A stretch of 64,000 nucleotides of DNA from Marsupella aquatica (lineage: Eukaryota > Plantae > Marchantiophyta), in the NCBI GenBank assembly GCA_973895155.1, contig OZ316892.1, positions 14,624,861 to 14,688,860 of the forward strand, read 5' to 3'. Positions 25,186-37,363 of the stretch are shown in pieces (positions within the stretch are counted from its first letter, which is position 1; every line of letters begins with the position of its first letter). The notes under the pieces were generated by a model, which was not told where the DNA came from, ran no database searches, and was given only the letters and a program-made list of their open reading frames with translations. Made by a program: the position numbers and the translations under genes.

Positions 25186-28185
25186 ATGAAACGCTTCTTC
25201 GCCTTCTCGACAGTGCGACCTAATAGTTTTGATTTTCTGTTGGTCAGGCGTTTTGCTGCGTGCGTTGGCGAGAAAACAACTCGCGAGAGTGCCACCTCAT
25301 TTTTACTGCGCACGGACAGACAGAGATCCTCGATGTTGATGATTCAGGAGGGGTCATGGACCTCTCCACTCTCAGCAGCACTTGCGTCGCAGGAAAACCT
25401 TAGGTCCGATTCGTGTTCCCTTGACTCATTTAGACAAAGATCTCGAGGAGGGTCCTCAACCGCTCCTATTGCGTTTGGAAGATTGAATTCAAAGATTTGT
25501 ATAGCAGGAGTTTCATTAGCCTTTTCGGAGAAATCGCAGGGTGATACTGTACCTGTATCGTTGCTCAGATCGGCAGCAAATAGTGGAAGCAATGGATGGA
25601 GGCAAGAGGAGGCAAATAACTCAAAATGGGCCTGGAGGAGTGAGACAGGCAGGAGAAGGAAGAAAAGGTACCCGGGCTTTGTCAACACGATTCTTAATTC
25701 CCTCCAAGAATGGCCAGATGCGGATATAGAGCAAGGTCTGGAGCAGTGGAAGGGGCAACTACAGGTCAAGGAGCAATCCATAATCTTGAACGAAGAGAGA
25801 TCTTGGGTCAGGGCCTTAAGAATTTTCTCGTGGTTGCAGAGGCAAGATGATTATTCTCCCAACGTATTTCACTACAACATCATGCTGAAAATTTTTGGGC
25901 GAGCTAAAAAATTGGAGCTTGTAGAGAAGCTATGGAAGGAGATGGAGGAGAAAGAAGTGATTCCCTCGAATGTTTCTTTCAGTACTTTAATTGATTTGTA
26001 TGGGAAAGGTGGAAACCCTGAAAAGGCTCTGGAGTTTTTCGAAGACATGAAAAGCAGAGGTATTGAGCCAGATGAGGTGACCATGAACACGCTCGTCAAT
26101 TTACATAAGCAGTGTGGGAATGTGGATGCAGCTGAGAAATCCTTCAACAGTTTCTCACGGAATGTGGAAAATTGCAACACAATGATAGATCTGTATGGAA
26201 GAGCAGGTCGCTATAATGATGCTGCAAGGATATTTTCAGAAATGACTGTGGATGGCATATCCGCAGACACTGTCACGTTCAACACAATGATCAAAGTGTG
26301 TGGGCGGACTGGAAGGGTGGAGGAAGCAGAAGCATTGTTTAATAGGATGCAACAGGATGGTCTTTCTCCAGACGTTGTTACTTTTAATGTTCTTCTATCG
26401 GTGTTTGCTAAGGCTGCAATGATAGAAAAGATTCTGGACTACTTTACCAAGATGAAGGAAACAGAAATAGTGCCTGATCTTGTGACCTTCCAGACTCTCT
26501 TGAGTGCACTGACCCTTCGAGATATGGTTAGTGAAGCAGAGGCCACACTGAAAGAGATGACCATCCTGGGCTTTAGAACAGGGGAAGTCGTGAGTGTCGG
26601 ATTGGCACGGATGTACATACGAGTGGGTCTCTTAGGAAAAGCTACCAAAGTCTTAAAGAGCTATCAATCCTCAGCGTCTCTTAGTGGCTCGGGCCTTGCT
26701 GCTGTAATTGATTCTTACGCTGAAGAGAGACTGTGGAAGGAATCAGAGGAGCTTTTTGTCGGATGCAAGCAGAGCTGGAGTGTCGAGAATTTCAACACCA
26801 TGCTTAAGGCTTACGGCTTGGCAGTATTGCAGGAAAAAGCTTGGAAGTTATTTTCCAGTATGGAAGAAAAAGGTGTGTCTCCAGATGAGATCACTTATAA
26901 CACCATGATCCATACCTTGTCTACTGCTTCTCCGGTTGACGTAGAAAAAGTTGACCGTGTCCGAAGCGAGATGCATATAAAGAGATGTAAGCTCCAGCGG
27001 TCGAGTTTCAATGTCCTGATAACAATGTATAGTAAGCTTGGGATGGCAAGAGAAGCTAAGCACACCTTTGAGCAGATGGAGGCAGCTGGAATATCACCCG
27101 ATGCAATCTCATACGGGGCCCTAGTCAATGCGTTCGCAGAAGTGGGCTATGCGAACGATGCTGAGCGAACAGCAATTGCGATGAGGAAAGCAGGCTTCAC
27201 ACCCAATAGAGTTGTGTATACTACCTTGATGAAACTGTATGGCAAGATGAACAATACTCAGGAAGTTGAGAAGATGTACGCTGAGATGGCACGAGCGGGA
27301 GTTGGGCCAGACCTCTTTGCAACTAACTTTCTAATAGATCAGTATGGTAAAGTGGGGCAGATCAAAGATGCTGAAAGAATCTTCAGGGGACTGGAAGAGG
27401 ATATTGGAGGTCTCGGTGTTAATGAAGTTACATTCACTACTATGCTGGATATGTACAAGCAATCAGGCCTAATTCATCAAGCTTTGGAAATGGCAAAGAG
27501 AATGCTGAGCATGGATAGTCTCAAGGACGTAGTGTCTTACAACAGCATCCTCGGGCTTTATGTCTCACTTGGAAGAGTAACTCAAGCCATGGAAGTCTTT
27601 CAGTCTCTGAGTATCAAACATGTAGAGCCTGATATGATCACCTTTTCCATTATGACCAGTATCATGAAGAAAATCGGGTCTTTCCAGGAGGCATTAGATC
27701 TTTTTGCAACTGCTACCGAAGCGGGGCTCTCTCATACAGTTCAGTCTTTGACTGCGCTAATTAGCCTGTATGCACGGGTTGGAATGATGAACGAGGCTTT
27801 CCAAACCTGTGAGAGACTTCTGCAGGGTGCGTTCGCTCTTGATAATCCAGCTTGCAATGCCATGATTTATGCTTATGGAACGGCGGGTCGGGTTGATGAG
27901 AGTCTGCGCCTATTCATGGACATGGAAACTCATGGTTTACAACCTGACGTTGTTACCTACACAACTGTAATCACGATCTATGGAAAAACGGGCTTACTGG
28001 AAGGAGTTAGCAGAATGTTCAAGCGAATGAAGCAGGCAGGTTGTGAACCCAGTATGGCCACCTACAGAGTAGTGATTGACATCTACAGAAATGCTGGGAA
28101 GCTGGATCTCGCTGCCATGGTTCAGCAAGAAATGCAGTTTGCTCAATATATAAGAGAGAAAATGCTTCATGAGGCAGAGTTCTGA
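25186..28185 (+). CDS. P-class pentatricopeptide repeat protein, 999 aa, intronless (At1g73710/At3g23020-like)
   Basis: Roughly 20 tandem 35-aa P motifs. The segment 'KKRYPG...KEQSIILNEERSWVRALRIFSW...YSPNVFHYNIML' recalls this family. S/R-rich N-terminus suggests a transit peptide. Confidence 0.93.
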   Translation: MKRFFAFSTVRPNSFDFLLVRRFAACVGEKTTRESATSFLLRTDRQRSSMLMIQEGSWTSPLSAALASQENLRSDSCSLDSFRQRSRGGSSTAPIAFGRLNSKICIAGVSLAFSEKSQGDTVPVSLLRSAANSGSNGWRQEEANNSKWAWRSETGRRRKKRYPGFVNTILNSLQEWPDADIEQGLEQWKGQLQVKEQSIILNEERSWVRALRIFSWLQRQDDYSPNVFHYNIMLKIFGRAKKLELVEKLWKEMEEKEVIPSNVSFSTLIDLYGKGGNPEKALEFFEDMKSRGIEPDEVTMNTLVNLHKQCGNVDAAEKSFNSFSRNVENCNTMIDLYGRAGRYNDAARIFSEMTVDGISADTVTFNTMIKVCGRTGRVEEAEALFNRMQQDGLSPDVVTFNVLLSVFAKAAMIEKILDYFTKMKETEIVPDLVTFQTLLSALTLRDMVSEAEATLKEMTILGFRTGEVVSVGLARMYIRVGLLGKATKVLKSYQSSASLSGSGLAAVIDSYAEERLWKESEELFVGCKQSWSVENFNTMLKAYGLAVLQEKAWKLFSSMEEKGVSPDEITYNTMIHTLSTASPVDVEKVDRVRSEMHIKRCKLQRSSFNVLITMYSKLGMAREAKHTFEQMEAAGISPDAISYGALVNAFAEVGYANDAERTAIAMRKAGFTPNRVVYTTLMKLYGKMNNTQEVEKMYAEMARAGVGPDLFATNFLIDQYGKVGQIKDAERIFRGLEEDIGGLGVNEVTFTTMLDMYKQSGLIHQALEMAKRMLSMDSLKDVVSYNSILGLYVSLGRVTQAMEVFQSLSIKHVEPDMITFSIMTSIMKKIGSFQEALDLFATATEAGLSHTVQSLTALISLYARVGMMNEAFQTCERLLQGAFALDNPACNAMIYAYGTAGRVDESLRLFMDMETHGLQPDVVTYTTVITIYGKTGLLEGVSRMFKRMKQAGCEPSMATYRVVIDIYRNAGKLDLAAMVQQEMQFAQYIREKMLHEAEF

Positions 28186-29399
28186 GTGAAGGGTGACTTT
28201 GGAGGGCTGACCTTTTGCTTTCACAGCCGAGATTAGTTGTCTCTGACGGAAATTTGCATCAAGAAGTACAGATAAACTCGCAGGTACATAGTTCTCACTT
28301 GGTCTTTGCCATATCTTGTGCAATGTATCTTGTGATGTGTCAAGTATAAAAAGTTCTGACTGCCCTCCGTGATTTAAATCACAGTGATGGTGACGGCTAT
28401 AGGTTTGGAGCAGGTGGGGTAGCGCAGATGTCCACCTCGGACCTCACTTTACGACAACCTTACCTCGTCGTGAAGCATGGTACTGCAAACGGAGGAACGG
28501 AAGAACATATGTAGATCTAGGAGATTTGATAAGCACTCTTATACAGCAAGTTGATGGTGAGCAATACAAATTCGAGGTTTTTGAGGAGGCTCGACCTGAA
28601 CGCCCTCACCTCTTGCCAGCTGCAAATCGGTAGTTATGTCAGTTGCCGTCGCTGTCAGACCAGAAAAATTCAGGTAAGTGCTGTAGAAATCTAGTTATGA
28701 TCTGAGAACATGATCGATTGTCCACTTTGTCTCCTCTGGTTACTGTTCACTGCGATTCTCTTGCTTTTGGCTATTCGTTCTCGTATATTGGTGCTCCTTT
28801 GGCCTGATTTGCTCCCCCTAGAGTTGACATTCCATTCCTTCACTCTTACAATTTGCATAGTCACCCAACTAACCTTTGAGTGGTAGTAAAGTTGTTCACT
28901 TTTCCCTCTTCTGCAAGAGAGGATATGTCATCCAGAATCTCTGGTCATGTACGTGGATTCAACATGCTTGTGGTGATTGGTAAACTATTTCTTGTCTGGG
29001 AGGTCAAGAAGGTTTAGGATGAGTTGGGGGCCTCTTGTGCTCAGCCTCAAACCTTATATTTTCTCGATCTCCATCCAACTTCTGTTATGGCAGTGATGTT
29101 TGGGACCCTGAATTAGCACAAGGACTGGACTTGCCAGAATCTTTCTTTCTTTCAGGTGACACAAATTCTCAGGAATGTCTGCAGAACTTGGCTTTATAGT
29201 TTGAGGAGAAGTGTTTCATTACTTAGGAAGGATCCTAAGGCCCAAACAAAAAGCGTTTCCCTAATCAAAGTCCATGTAAATGTGCAATCGAGGAATACGG
29301 ACGCATATTGTTTCTCATATCCTGGGACCGTTCATACTTAACACTATGATAATCACGCTGTCATGGCATCAGTACCTGCGCTAAGTGCACCGATATTGC

Positions 29400-29810
29400 T
29401 ATTAAGCAAGTAGGACTTCGTTTACGCTGGCTTGAGTTGTCCTTTCATTTTTCTTGAACCACCTGGAGAGGTGGTCTGCTGAATTTTTGGGCCCCACTTC
29501 CTATTTCTTGTCAAAATGTTGCCTTCCTCGTGACTCTTGTCATCAGTCGGCCATGGGCTTATATTGCTTATCCAGTGGAATAAAATCTGCCGCTTGGCCT
29601 TGGAGTTTCCCTTCTTAGCCGTCATGGTTGTGGTCAGTATTGGAAATAACTGTGTACACCTCATAAGTAGCTTGAATAAGGCACCCCGAACTTTTTGTTT
29701 TGTTTGCAAGCCAATAATGTCGCTGTGTCGAACCAAGATGTTGGCTCTGATAGACTGTTGCGCACCTAACGCTTGCCCAGGTCTCTAACTTTGCAACAGA
29801 TCAACTAGCT
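29400..29810 (-). mobile_element. LINE ORF2 endonuclease N-terminal remnant
   Basis: 'LICCKVRDLGKR*' (~SWNVRGL) followed by 'SDIIGLQTK' (~DIIxLQETK). Confidence 0.5.
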
Positions 29811-30707
29811 CCAAGTGATCACCCAGGTGTCTCACACTCATTTGCAAACTGTTTTGTCTCAAGAGTACTTAACTTTAAAGCGTTTTCCCCCTTTCATGGG
29901 CCTCTTTGCCATTGGGATCCTGTCTCCCGGTTTGGCGTTTTTGCTTTTGGCACGGTGATATAGTTAACTTTGAAGTGTTAGGAGATCCCAATGTTTGATG
30001 AAGTGCCTTCACGACTGGGTCAACAAAGTGCTCACTTCTAGAATATGAGGTCTGCTTTTAGACTAACTTTCAAAGATGATGACTTCGTTGCTTCCTTGGC
30101 TGATAGTGTCGCGAGATGGGTCCACCACAGAAATAGTCTAATAAATGATTATCGATATTCAATGGAAATGAGAAACATTCCACCACTCTGTTGTACCATA
30201 ATCTTGTAATACACTGGATCTTGACAACAAAGATTGCTTTGTTGCAATTATCTATCCAAAGCAAAAGAGTTGGGCCCCAACGCCTGACTTCTTATTTCAG
30301 ACAAGGCCCTGCAAGACTTTTGTTCGGACACCACAAAACAGAAATACTGTCCGACAAAGGCCGCCCGGTACTGTCAGATAAGGGGAGGGCAAATTAATGC
30401 GACTCATTCTTTGACGACTCCTCCACTTCCCAAGAGTAGGAGGTTGGGATTCTGAATCCAATCAGGCGTCTCCGAATTGAACAAATGAGTGAGACATGTT
30501 CCTTGTGCTGCTGGATTGTAGAATCAGATTTTGCCAAGTAGACTACCACTCGCATACATTTGTCAGAAATTTAATTCCAACCTGCAGAGTTAACACATCA
30601 CTGTATATAAATGAGTTATCGGATTACATTCTTAACTATGCCTCAGTTCGTATTTTCTATAGCTCATGAAACTTAGAGTTCGAGCTAGAAAAATTGCACA
30701 GGGACCT

Positions 30708-30767
30708 GGGCGGGGAAAGGGGCGGGGAAAGGGGCGGGGAAAGGGGCGGGGGGGGGGGGGAGGGGGG
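30708..30767 (+). repeat. G-tract repeat (GGGGCGGGGAAA)n, potential G-quadruplex
   Basis: At least eight runs of three or more G within 60 bp. Confidence 0.85.
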
Positions 30768-31270
30768 CTTTCATCCAGTACAGTACAGTAGAGGACACAC
30801 TACTCCCAGCTCTTGTTAGGGAATCCGTGGCAACATTTGGCGTGATCAGCGTGGGAGCATTGTTGGTCAACATGAGAGTCAAACCTCAAACGGAATCTGC
30901 AGACGGAGAATAAGTGAGGATACAAACTTAAGCTGCTACCAACTTATCGAAATTGGTCTTCACCGTGGCTTTGCTGATGGGGAGGTTTCCTGCACCCTCG
31001 TTTGAGTCCCCTCCCATTGTCTTTTCTGATTGCACAACGCTGCTAAGTCCTGTCCCAGGACCTTCCCTATGATGGCTTTTTCTGTCTCAATTGTCTTCGG
31101 TGCATAACAACCCCTTATGATGCAAACCAATTTATAGTTCCTAACAATCAGATTCAACCCTGTACGCTGCTACGCGCTTTGAGTAAATCTATTGTCTGAG
31201 CCACTCATGTTTGAAGAAAATCGGCCAAAATTTAGAGCGCATGATGAGTCGCAACCCAGACCGTTAAAAA

Positions 31271-33355
31271 TCAAACAATTATACCATTAGAAGAGGGATG
31301 GGAGATACCAGTCAATGCATTGTGTGGCCTACTTTCCTGGGATCTAACCTCAAAGAGATCTTCTAGCATTGCCTCTACTTCTTCAGGCGAAAACTTCATG
31401 TATTTGCCCACGTTGCCCGCTTGATCTAATATACCAGAGTAGGCCTGGACGTAGCTTCTATAAGCTGGTACCACAGCCTGTGCCACAGCCAAACGGATTC
31501 CCTCCTTAAGCTCTTGCTCAGATATAACCCATGTAGAATGTTTCCGACAGTTCTCTTCAAAATCCACACTGAAGCTTTTCAGTCTTTGTCTTGCAAGATC
31601 TCGAACTGCTGACTTCCCACTACTCGACACAGATGAGCTGTCTCTGTTCAGGTATGACAATGGCTTGCTCCATGACTCTCGTTGATATGCATTGGTATAC
31701 AGGTGAACCTTTCGTTTGGTCTCTCGCATCCAAGTCTCCCCCAGCAGAGGACCAATCTCACTATCTTTAGCGCGTGTCATCATGTACCAAAAATTGTTGA
31801 GCAGAAATATATTGGCCAACGCGGGGTCCTGATAGCTCTTCGACTTGTTCATGACGTACTTTTCCAGCGACTGCATCACACTTGCGACCACTAGTGAGAG
31901 CAACTTATCCGGGCTGTCCTCCCTCTGCTCTTTATCCTGCCAACTCTTTTCAGTCCGCACAATCTTCGACATGATTGGCCCATAGAACTCGCTGACCAAG
32001 TACTTGACGTAGTTTACAACATAATTGCAGAGACGAGAGCGACCCCCATCAGGAGGTGCATCACCGTTACCGTCCTCAATAAATCGGCAAAGCTCCCAGA
32101 CAGTTTCACTTGCTCTATGGGCTATCCTTTTCAAAAGCTCTCTGGATCTGACCATGATTTCTCCACAGCCTACATCTGGACCCTCAAAGATCTCAAACAC
32201 ATGTGGAAGTAGGTTCGCCATCGTATCATACATGTCCAGTAACTTAAACAATTTCTCTGGAGCTGTCTGGCTGTCAACTATTCCCTCACCGAAGGATAAG
32301 AACGGTGCAAATCCTCCTGACGCTATTTTACCCCAACACCTTATCCAAACCTCCTTCTCAAGCTTATCGAAAACCCTAGCACATAACCTTCTCTCGCTCT
32401 TAAACAATATTGTACAAGCTACCTCTATATGCTGAGTCCACAGTTGAATCATGCCCTCCAGGTCAGACCACTCCAATTTATCCACCTTCTCAGAAGTTGA
32501 GAACTGAAGATAGTCGGGCTTCAGACTTCGCAAACTCTGTCTAATATTGGTCAATCGCACCTCCGCGAAACATTCCAAAATGTTCTCGGTCGACTTGTGC
32601 ACCTGCAACTTTTCAACAATAGTTTGTAATTCAAGCACAGTAGGGGGAGGAAGAAGAATGGGAAGAGGAGGTGGAGCCTCGTTCACCAAAGGGTCTGGCC
32701 ATTCCACAACTGCAGGCAAGCTGATAGCTACACTAGTGTCCAGCAAAACCGTCTGGAACGCCCCATCCAGCTTACCCAAGGCAATTTTGAGAAGACCCAT
32801 GTCCCAGCCACCTTTGCTGTTAGAATGAACATCTTGTTTAACTGACGCCAACCTTTCAGTCAACCTGTGCAATCTGTAGTTATCTGCCAAGTTGCTCCTG
32901 GCGAGATAATCCTTCGCATCGGCCATATTTTCGAGAGCATTCATGCAATTGAGAGGTAAGTAGAAACTTGCTTCCTCGATTTGCGACAGTGAAGCGAGAT
33001 ATGTGTGCATGTCATCCAGTGGGTCTCCCTTAATGATTTTCTCCTGGCTGCGAAGAATTTCGAAAGTCTTCAAGACTGTCTCGGCGGGCTCAATTGCTCT
33101 GTCAACTTTCTCTGCTAATTCTTCCATCAGGAGCGATTGGGACTGCAGAGGCATCAAAGCTGCCTCCAGCGCAGGCAGCCGGTCTGAGATGCCTCGCAAT
33201 TTGTCGCCCGATTTGTCGATGGCGAGTGATGTCATTTTCGATTTCTCCAGAATCTGAAACACCGACTTCCTCGCGGCATTGAGATACTCTGCATTGCTAG
33301 TAGACTTCGGGAGATATGCAGCAGGTGGCAGTCGCCCCGAACTGTCGAGCCCCAT
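31271..33355 (-). CDS. EXO70: Exocyst subunit EXO70 (G-type/EXO70.3-like), 694 aa, intronless CDS
   Basis: EXO70 motifs PEKLFKLLDMY, PPDGG..RLCNYVVNY, KSKSYQDPALANIFLLNNFWYM and VVPAYRSY. N-terminal 'ILEKSK...RLPALEAAL' recalls EXO70G1. Confidence 0.95.
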   Translation of the reverse strand: MGLDSSGRLPPAAYLPKSTSNAEYLNAARKSVFQILEKSKMTSLAIDKSGDKLRGISDRLPALEAALMPLQSQSLLMEELAEKVDRAIEPAETVLKTFEILRSQEKIIKGDPLDDMHTYLASLSQIEEASFYLPLNCMNALENMADAKDYLARSNLADNYRLHRLTERLASVKQDVHSNSKGGWDMGLLKIALGKLDGAFQTVLLDTSVAISLPAVVEWPDPLVNEAPPPLPILLPPPTVLELQTIVEKLQVHKSTENILECFAEVRLTNIRQSLRSLKPDYLQFSTSEKVDKLEWSDLEGMIQLWTQHIEVACTILFKSERRLCARVFDKLEKEVWIRCWGKIASGGFAPFLSFGEGIVDSQTAPEKLFKLLDMYDTMANLLPHVFEIFEGPDVGCGEIMVRSRELLKRIAHRASETVWELCRFIEDGNGDAPPDGGRSRLCNYVVNYVKYLVSEFYGPIMSKIVRTEKSWQDKEQREDSPDKLLSLVVASVMQSLEKYVMNKSKSYQDPALANIFLLNNFWYMMTRAKDSEIGPLLGETWMRETKRKVHLYTNAYQRESWSKPLSYLNRDSSSVSSSGKSAVRDLARQRLKSFSVDFEENCRKHSTWVISEQELKEGIRLAVAQAVVPAYRSYVQAYSGILDQAGNVGKYMKFSPEEVEAMLEDLFEVRSQESRPHNALTGISHPSSNGIIV

Positions 33356-35537
33356 TCTCTTAAGCTCTAAATCGCGTACCCGTTTTGTGGATCAAAGAAA
33401 GCTCAACTGCGTACTAATGTAGAGGACTATCCTGGATCTCTCTTCCTCCGGGCCGTCCTCCCCCAAAACATCTCTTTGCATCCATCTACTTCTATATTCA
33501 GTTGCCTATCGAGCTATGGTTTCTTTTCCTGTACTCCAGATTACTTGAAGAATTCACCAAGCTACATTCCCCTTTGGTCCATTCCGTCTTAACCCACCGA
33601 ATCTGTGACCCTGCGAATTCGTCTACCTATGCATCGGAGTGCCTGGTTCTCTGTCCTGTCCGGCCCGGAAAGTTTCTAATCTGTTTCCCAGGATCTTCAT
33701 CGTAGATCAGAGAAGCTTGGAGGAAGAAAGAAAGAGACTGATGAAAAGACCGCTAAAATCCCAGGATGGTCCATCCCCAAAAGCTCACACAGTGCACTTG
33801 TCGGATTGCCATCCACACGTCATGTGAGGAACAACAACCTTCTCCTGCAGGCTCTCGCGCCAATCGCATCTTTGCAGTTCCTCCGTCCGTTCCCTTTCCT
33901 TTCTGCGTAAGTGAGTGCAGACGGAAATCCTTTGCGAAACAAGAATACAAACGTCAGTCAATGTCAATGAGGGTGCTGCAAAACGAGAGACTAACCCTCA
34001 AAAAAGCATTTCGTTAGTCCTTCATTTTCAACTTCTATTTGAGTCAAAATTTTACATCAATCAATCCGCTTTCGTAAAACGGCACTTGCTCTCCCTCTCT
34101 ATCCATCCACATCCAGATGCGTTTCGATGCACCGGTGAGAGTAAATCTACTGAGGAATTCAACATCAACACACGGCTTACAAGGGTAAAAACAATACCTG
34201 CGTACTTGTTGGAAGGAGTCTGTTGTGGCGGGCGATCCGCAATGCTATACGGGTGTAAAGAAATCCAGCAAGCAGTTGGCTAGCGAGGGGTACGGAACAA
34301 TAATCAAGCCTCCAACTCAGTGTCCGTCCCAACGCGCGCAAACCAAACGACAGCGAATTAAAATAGTCAGACGCAAGTCCACACCCCTACCAATGCGGCC
34401 GGGCCCGTCGATCTCCACTCCAGCTCGCCACAGAAGTCATCTAAACTCAAACCAAACAGGTAGCTTGTGTTCGCTGTTTCCGGGACGATCTCATAAACCC
34501 ATCATATGGTTGCAATCATCAACAGAAAGGAAAACGCGGTACAGGAAAACTTCGCGTGCCGGAAATGTGCCCGTCCAATCTTCGCACACAGCTCCACTCA
34601 CATCTGAACCCAAACCCGATCCAAGCTCTCGAAGCCAAGCCAAGCGAAGCCAGGCAAAGCAAATCCAGAACACGGAGACCGGAGACCGGAGACCGGAAAA
34701 GGGAAGTCGCAGAAAGATTTGCCACTCGGGCAATGCGCGCAGTCCCCCTCGTTGCCGAGTCAATCACTTCCGCCCTCCCTCCTTCCCTCGCTCGATCATT
34801 CCTCCACGCAAAGAACGATCCACAGACGGCGACCACTCCTCAGCACACCACTGCATCACACACGGCAGACAAAGCACTCCATTTCTCACACACCGAATCT
34901 CCACCCACACGCCCTCTCACTCGCACTCTCACTCCGCGGACAGAAACGACGAGGAAGCGACCAGGCTGAGCTCAAACCGAAACGAAAGACACGAGACGAG
35001 ACGAGATCACACGAGGCGATGGAGGAAGTCTTCGTCGTCTCCTCGTCTCGTCGTCTTCGACCCAGTCAGTCTCTTTGAGAACGAGAAAGAGAACGAAAGC
35101 GAGAGACTGAGAGAGAGCTGTGATCGAGTCCGAAAGCTACGCTCTACGCTAGTCCGCCATATCCGGAGGGACAGGGGGGGACGTGCAGCACTGGACCGGA
35201 GCGCGGCACGGCCCTGTAGAAGGATCATAGTCGAAACGAGACGAATGATGGTGGTCAGCTCTACTACAGTAGTCGTGTACAGAGCGAACCTTCCCCGCAA
35301 GGAGAAAATGCTGTCCACCGTGACCGCGCAGTATGAATTTCGCAGTTCGGCCACTTACGCACAGTTCCGCAATTGTAGACAATGTCATTGTCGAGCAGAG
35401 CCGTCCATATTGGAGATAAACGATCCAGATCCGAAATTATCAACAGGGGCATTGTTGCGCCGTGTGGGAGAGAGATGACCCTAGTACACGGAAGCGGCCG
35501 AGCCATGTGGCTTCGTACCCGGGCCTGCAGAGGGTCT

Positions 35538-35611
35538 GGTCAGGTCAGGCCAGGTCAGGTCAAGTCAGGTCAGGTCAGGTCAGGACCGTCAGGTCAGGTC
35601 GGGTCGGGTCA
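35538..35611. repeat. (GGTCA)n microsatellite upstream of EXO70
   Basis: Directly visible. Confidence 0.9.
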
Positions 35612-37277
35612 TGATCGCCAAACTACCGTAACGAGAAATGGATAACTGAAATGAAATGTATGAGGGTAATTAATTTGAGGGTCTGTTTGCTTCTTCCCCC
35701 CTTTATTTTTTGTCTCTACGTTCAGATGGATGGACTCAGCAACTTCTTGTTGTTCCCTGACCTCTCCTCTGGTTCCCCCTCAACCAAATAAAGTGACTAT
35801 ATCTACCGCCTGCCCCCCACCCCACAAGAGGACACCAGTGGTGAATTCAGTTGCAAATATAAATCTATTCAGAAGTGGACATTCTATTTTCGAATGAAGC
35901 GTGTGCTTTCATTTAAAAGTGGGCATTTTGTATGAGATTGTGAGGTTTGGTCACATACGTATGCAAAGGATGAGCTCAAATACCGAGCACACAAGAGCCT
36001 AGAATGATGTTTTCCAAATTGAACATCCCAACATGAAGTGAAAACAGTCTCCCAAATCTTCAACATTTATAATGGCTATATTATTAGTTATCCTCAAGGT
36101 TTGTTTTTCTATTATTTTTAAGGAAAGAGCACTGGATTTATTAGGGGCCCAAGGTGAACACCAGAGGGGGCACGAAGGAAAGACCAGCCCAGCCCCAGCA
36201 AATGCCAATCAAAGCCGTATTGTCAAGGTTCTTGTAGCATAGATAGTTCTTTAAGTTGAAGAATTCCTTTCCAAGATACGACTAGGATACTTACTTACTT
36301 ACTTAATATATTGTAGAGAATTTATGCACTCAAGATACACTATGCGTCACAACTTTGGCCCCCTAAACCTTGAAGGGCCAAATGAGGCCAGTTTTAAGTA
36401 AAAATATGCTTTTTAGAAGGGCTGGCATCAATCACTCTTTACCCACTTGTGGTATCTCTTGAGAATCTTGTTTATATTTGACTTGAGTTCATGGACATAA
36501 TCTGCGCTAGGGAATTTCTACTGCCTTACAATAGATCTGGTGCCTTTCCCTTCATTTTTCACGGGTTGATTGGCATATAGTGGCTCAGTGAATTTCCTAT
36601 ATTTTTTAGGGAAGATCTCTGTTGGAGCTTTTGCTTAAACCACCACTGTCCAACAGGTTTGGGGATGACAAAATAGTGCATTTTTTTATATGCTTAATAG
36701 CATAATTGACTAATTTTGGTAACCTGGATCCACCAGGTTTTGCTTTGGAGAGTGGAGATTTAAGCTAGATTTGTATGCACTCTTTCATGTGTTATTCCAT
36801 GCAAAAATTCTATACATATATTATATCTGCACCATCCTTTTTAAATGTAAAACTGCATCATAGATCGCAAAGGAAGTAATTGATAATGACAAGAGAAATG
36901 CTTATTAATTCATCCAGGATACTCGCTAAACACCTTGATCCGTGTGCAATGGACCCTATTTAGCTGGCGCTCCGTTTTAAGTGATATGGCAGTTGAAGCA
37001 ACCAATCATATCCTAACACATGGCAATCAACAAATTAATCACATGAGGACTCCTGGCACCTTTTAAATGTACTGTTTTAACAAATATATCGCACTGCAAC
37101 AAAAACTGCTAAACCTGGAGACAATATTTGAAAGTTTTTGGTCCATAGGGAGAGACGGTCCACTAAGAATATTTCTCCTAGATGTGGTGCTATCCTCCTT
37201 ATATTTGAAACCCAAACTGTATTGTCAGCATGATTCTCGGGGCATGACTTTGTTCTCAGAGAACTCTTCAAGCCATA

Positions 37278-37363
37278 TTTAGGCCAGCAATTTTGTGAAA
37301 AAAATTGATTGGGCTTTTATATTTAGGCCAGCAATTTTGTGAAAAAAATTGATTGGGCTTTTA
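37278..37363. repeat. Tandem duplication, ~43-bp period
   Basis: ATTTAGGCCAGCAATTTTGTGAAAAAAATTGATTGGGCTTTT occurs twice. Confidence 0.9.

Noticed and set aside
33611-34197. 5'-UTR intron of EXO70
   Set aside because: A plausible donor (CAG|GTATTG) exists, but the acceptor is ambiguous without transcript data.
34225-35478. 417-aa + strand ORF
   Set aside because: Non-ATG start, R/S/H-rich low complexity and no domain. It lies antisense to the GC/GA-rich leader and promoter region of EXO70, so it is most likely spurious.
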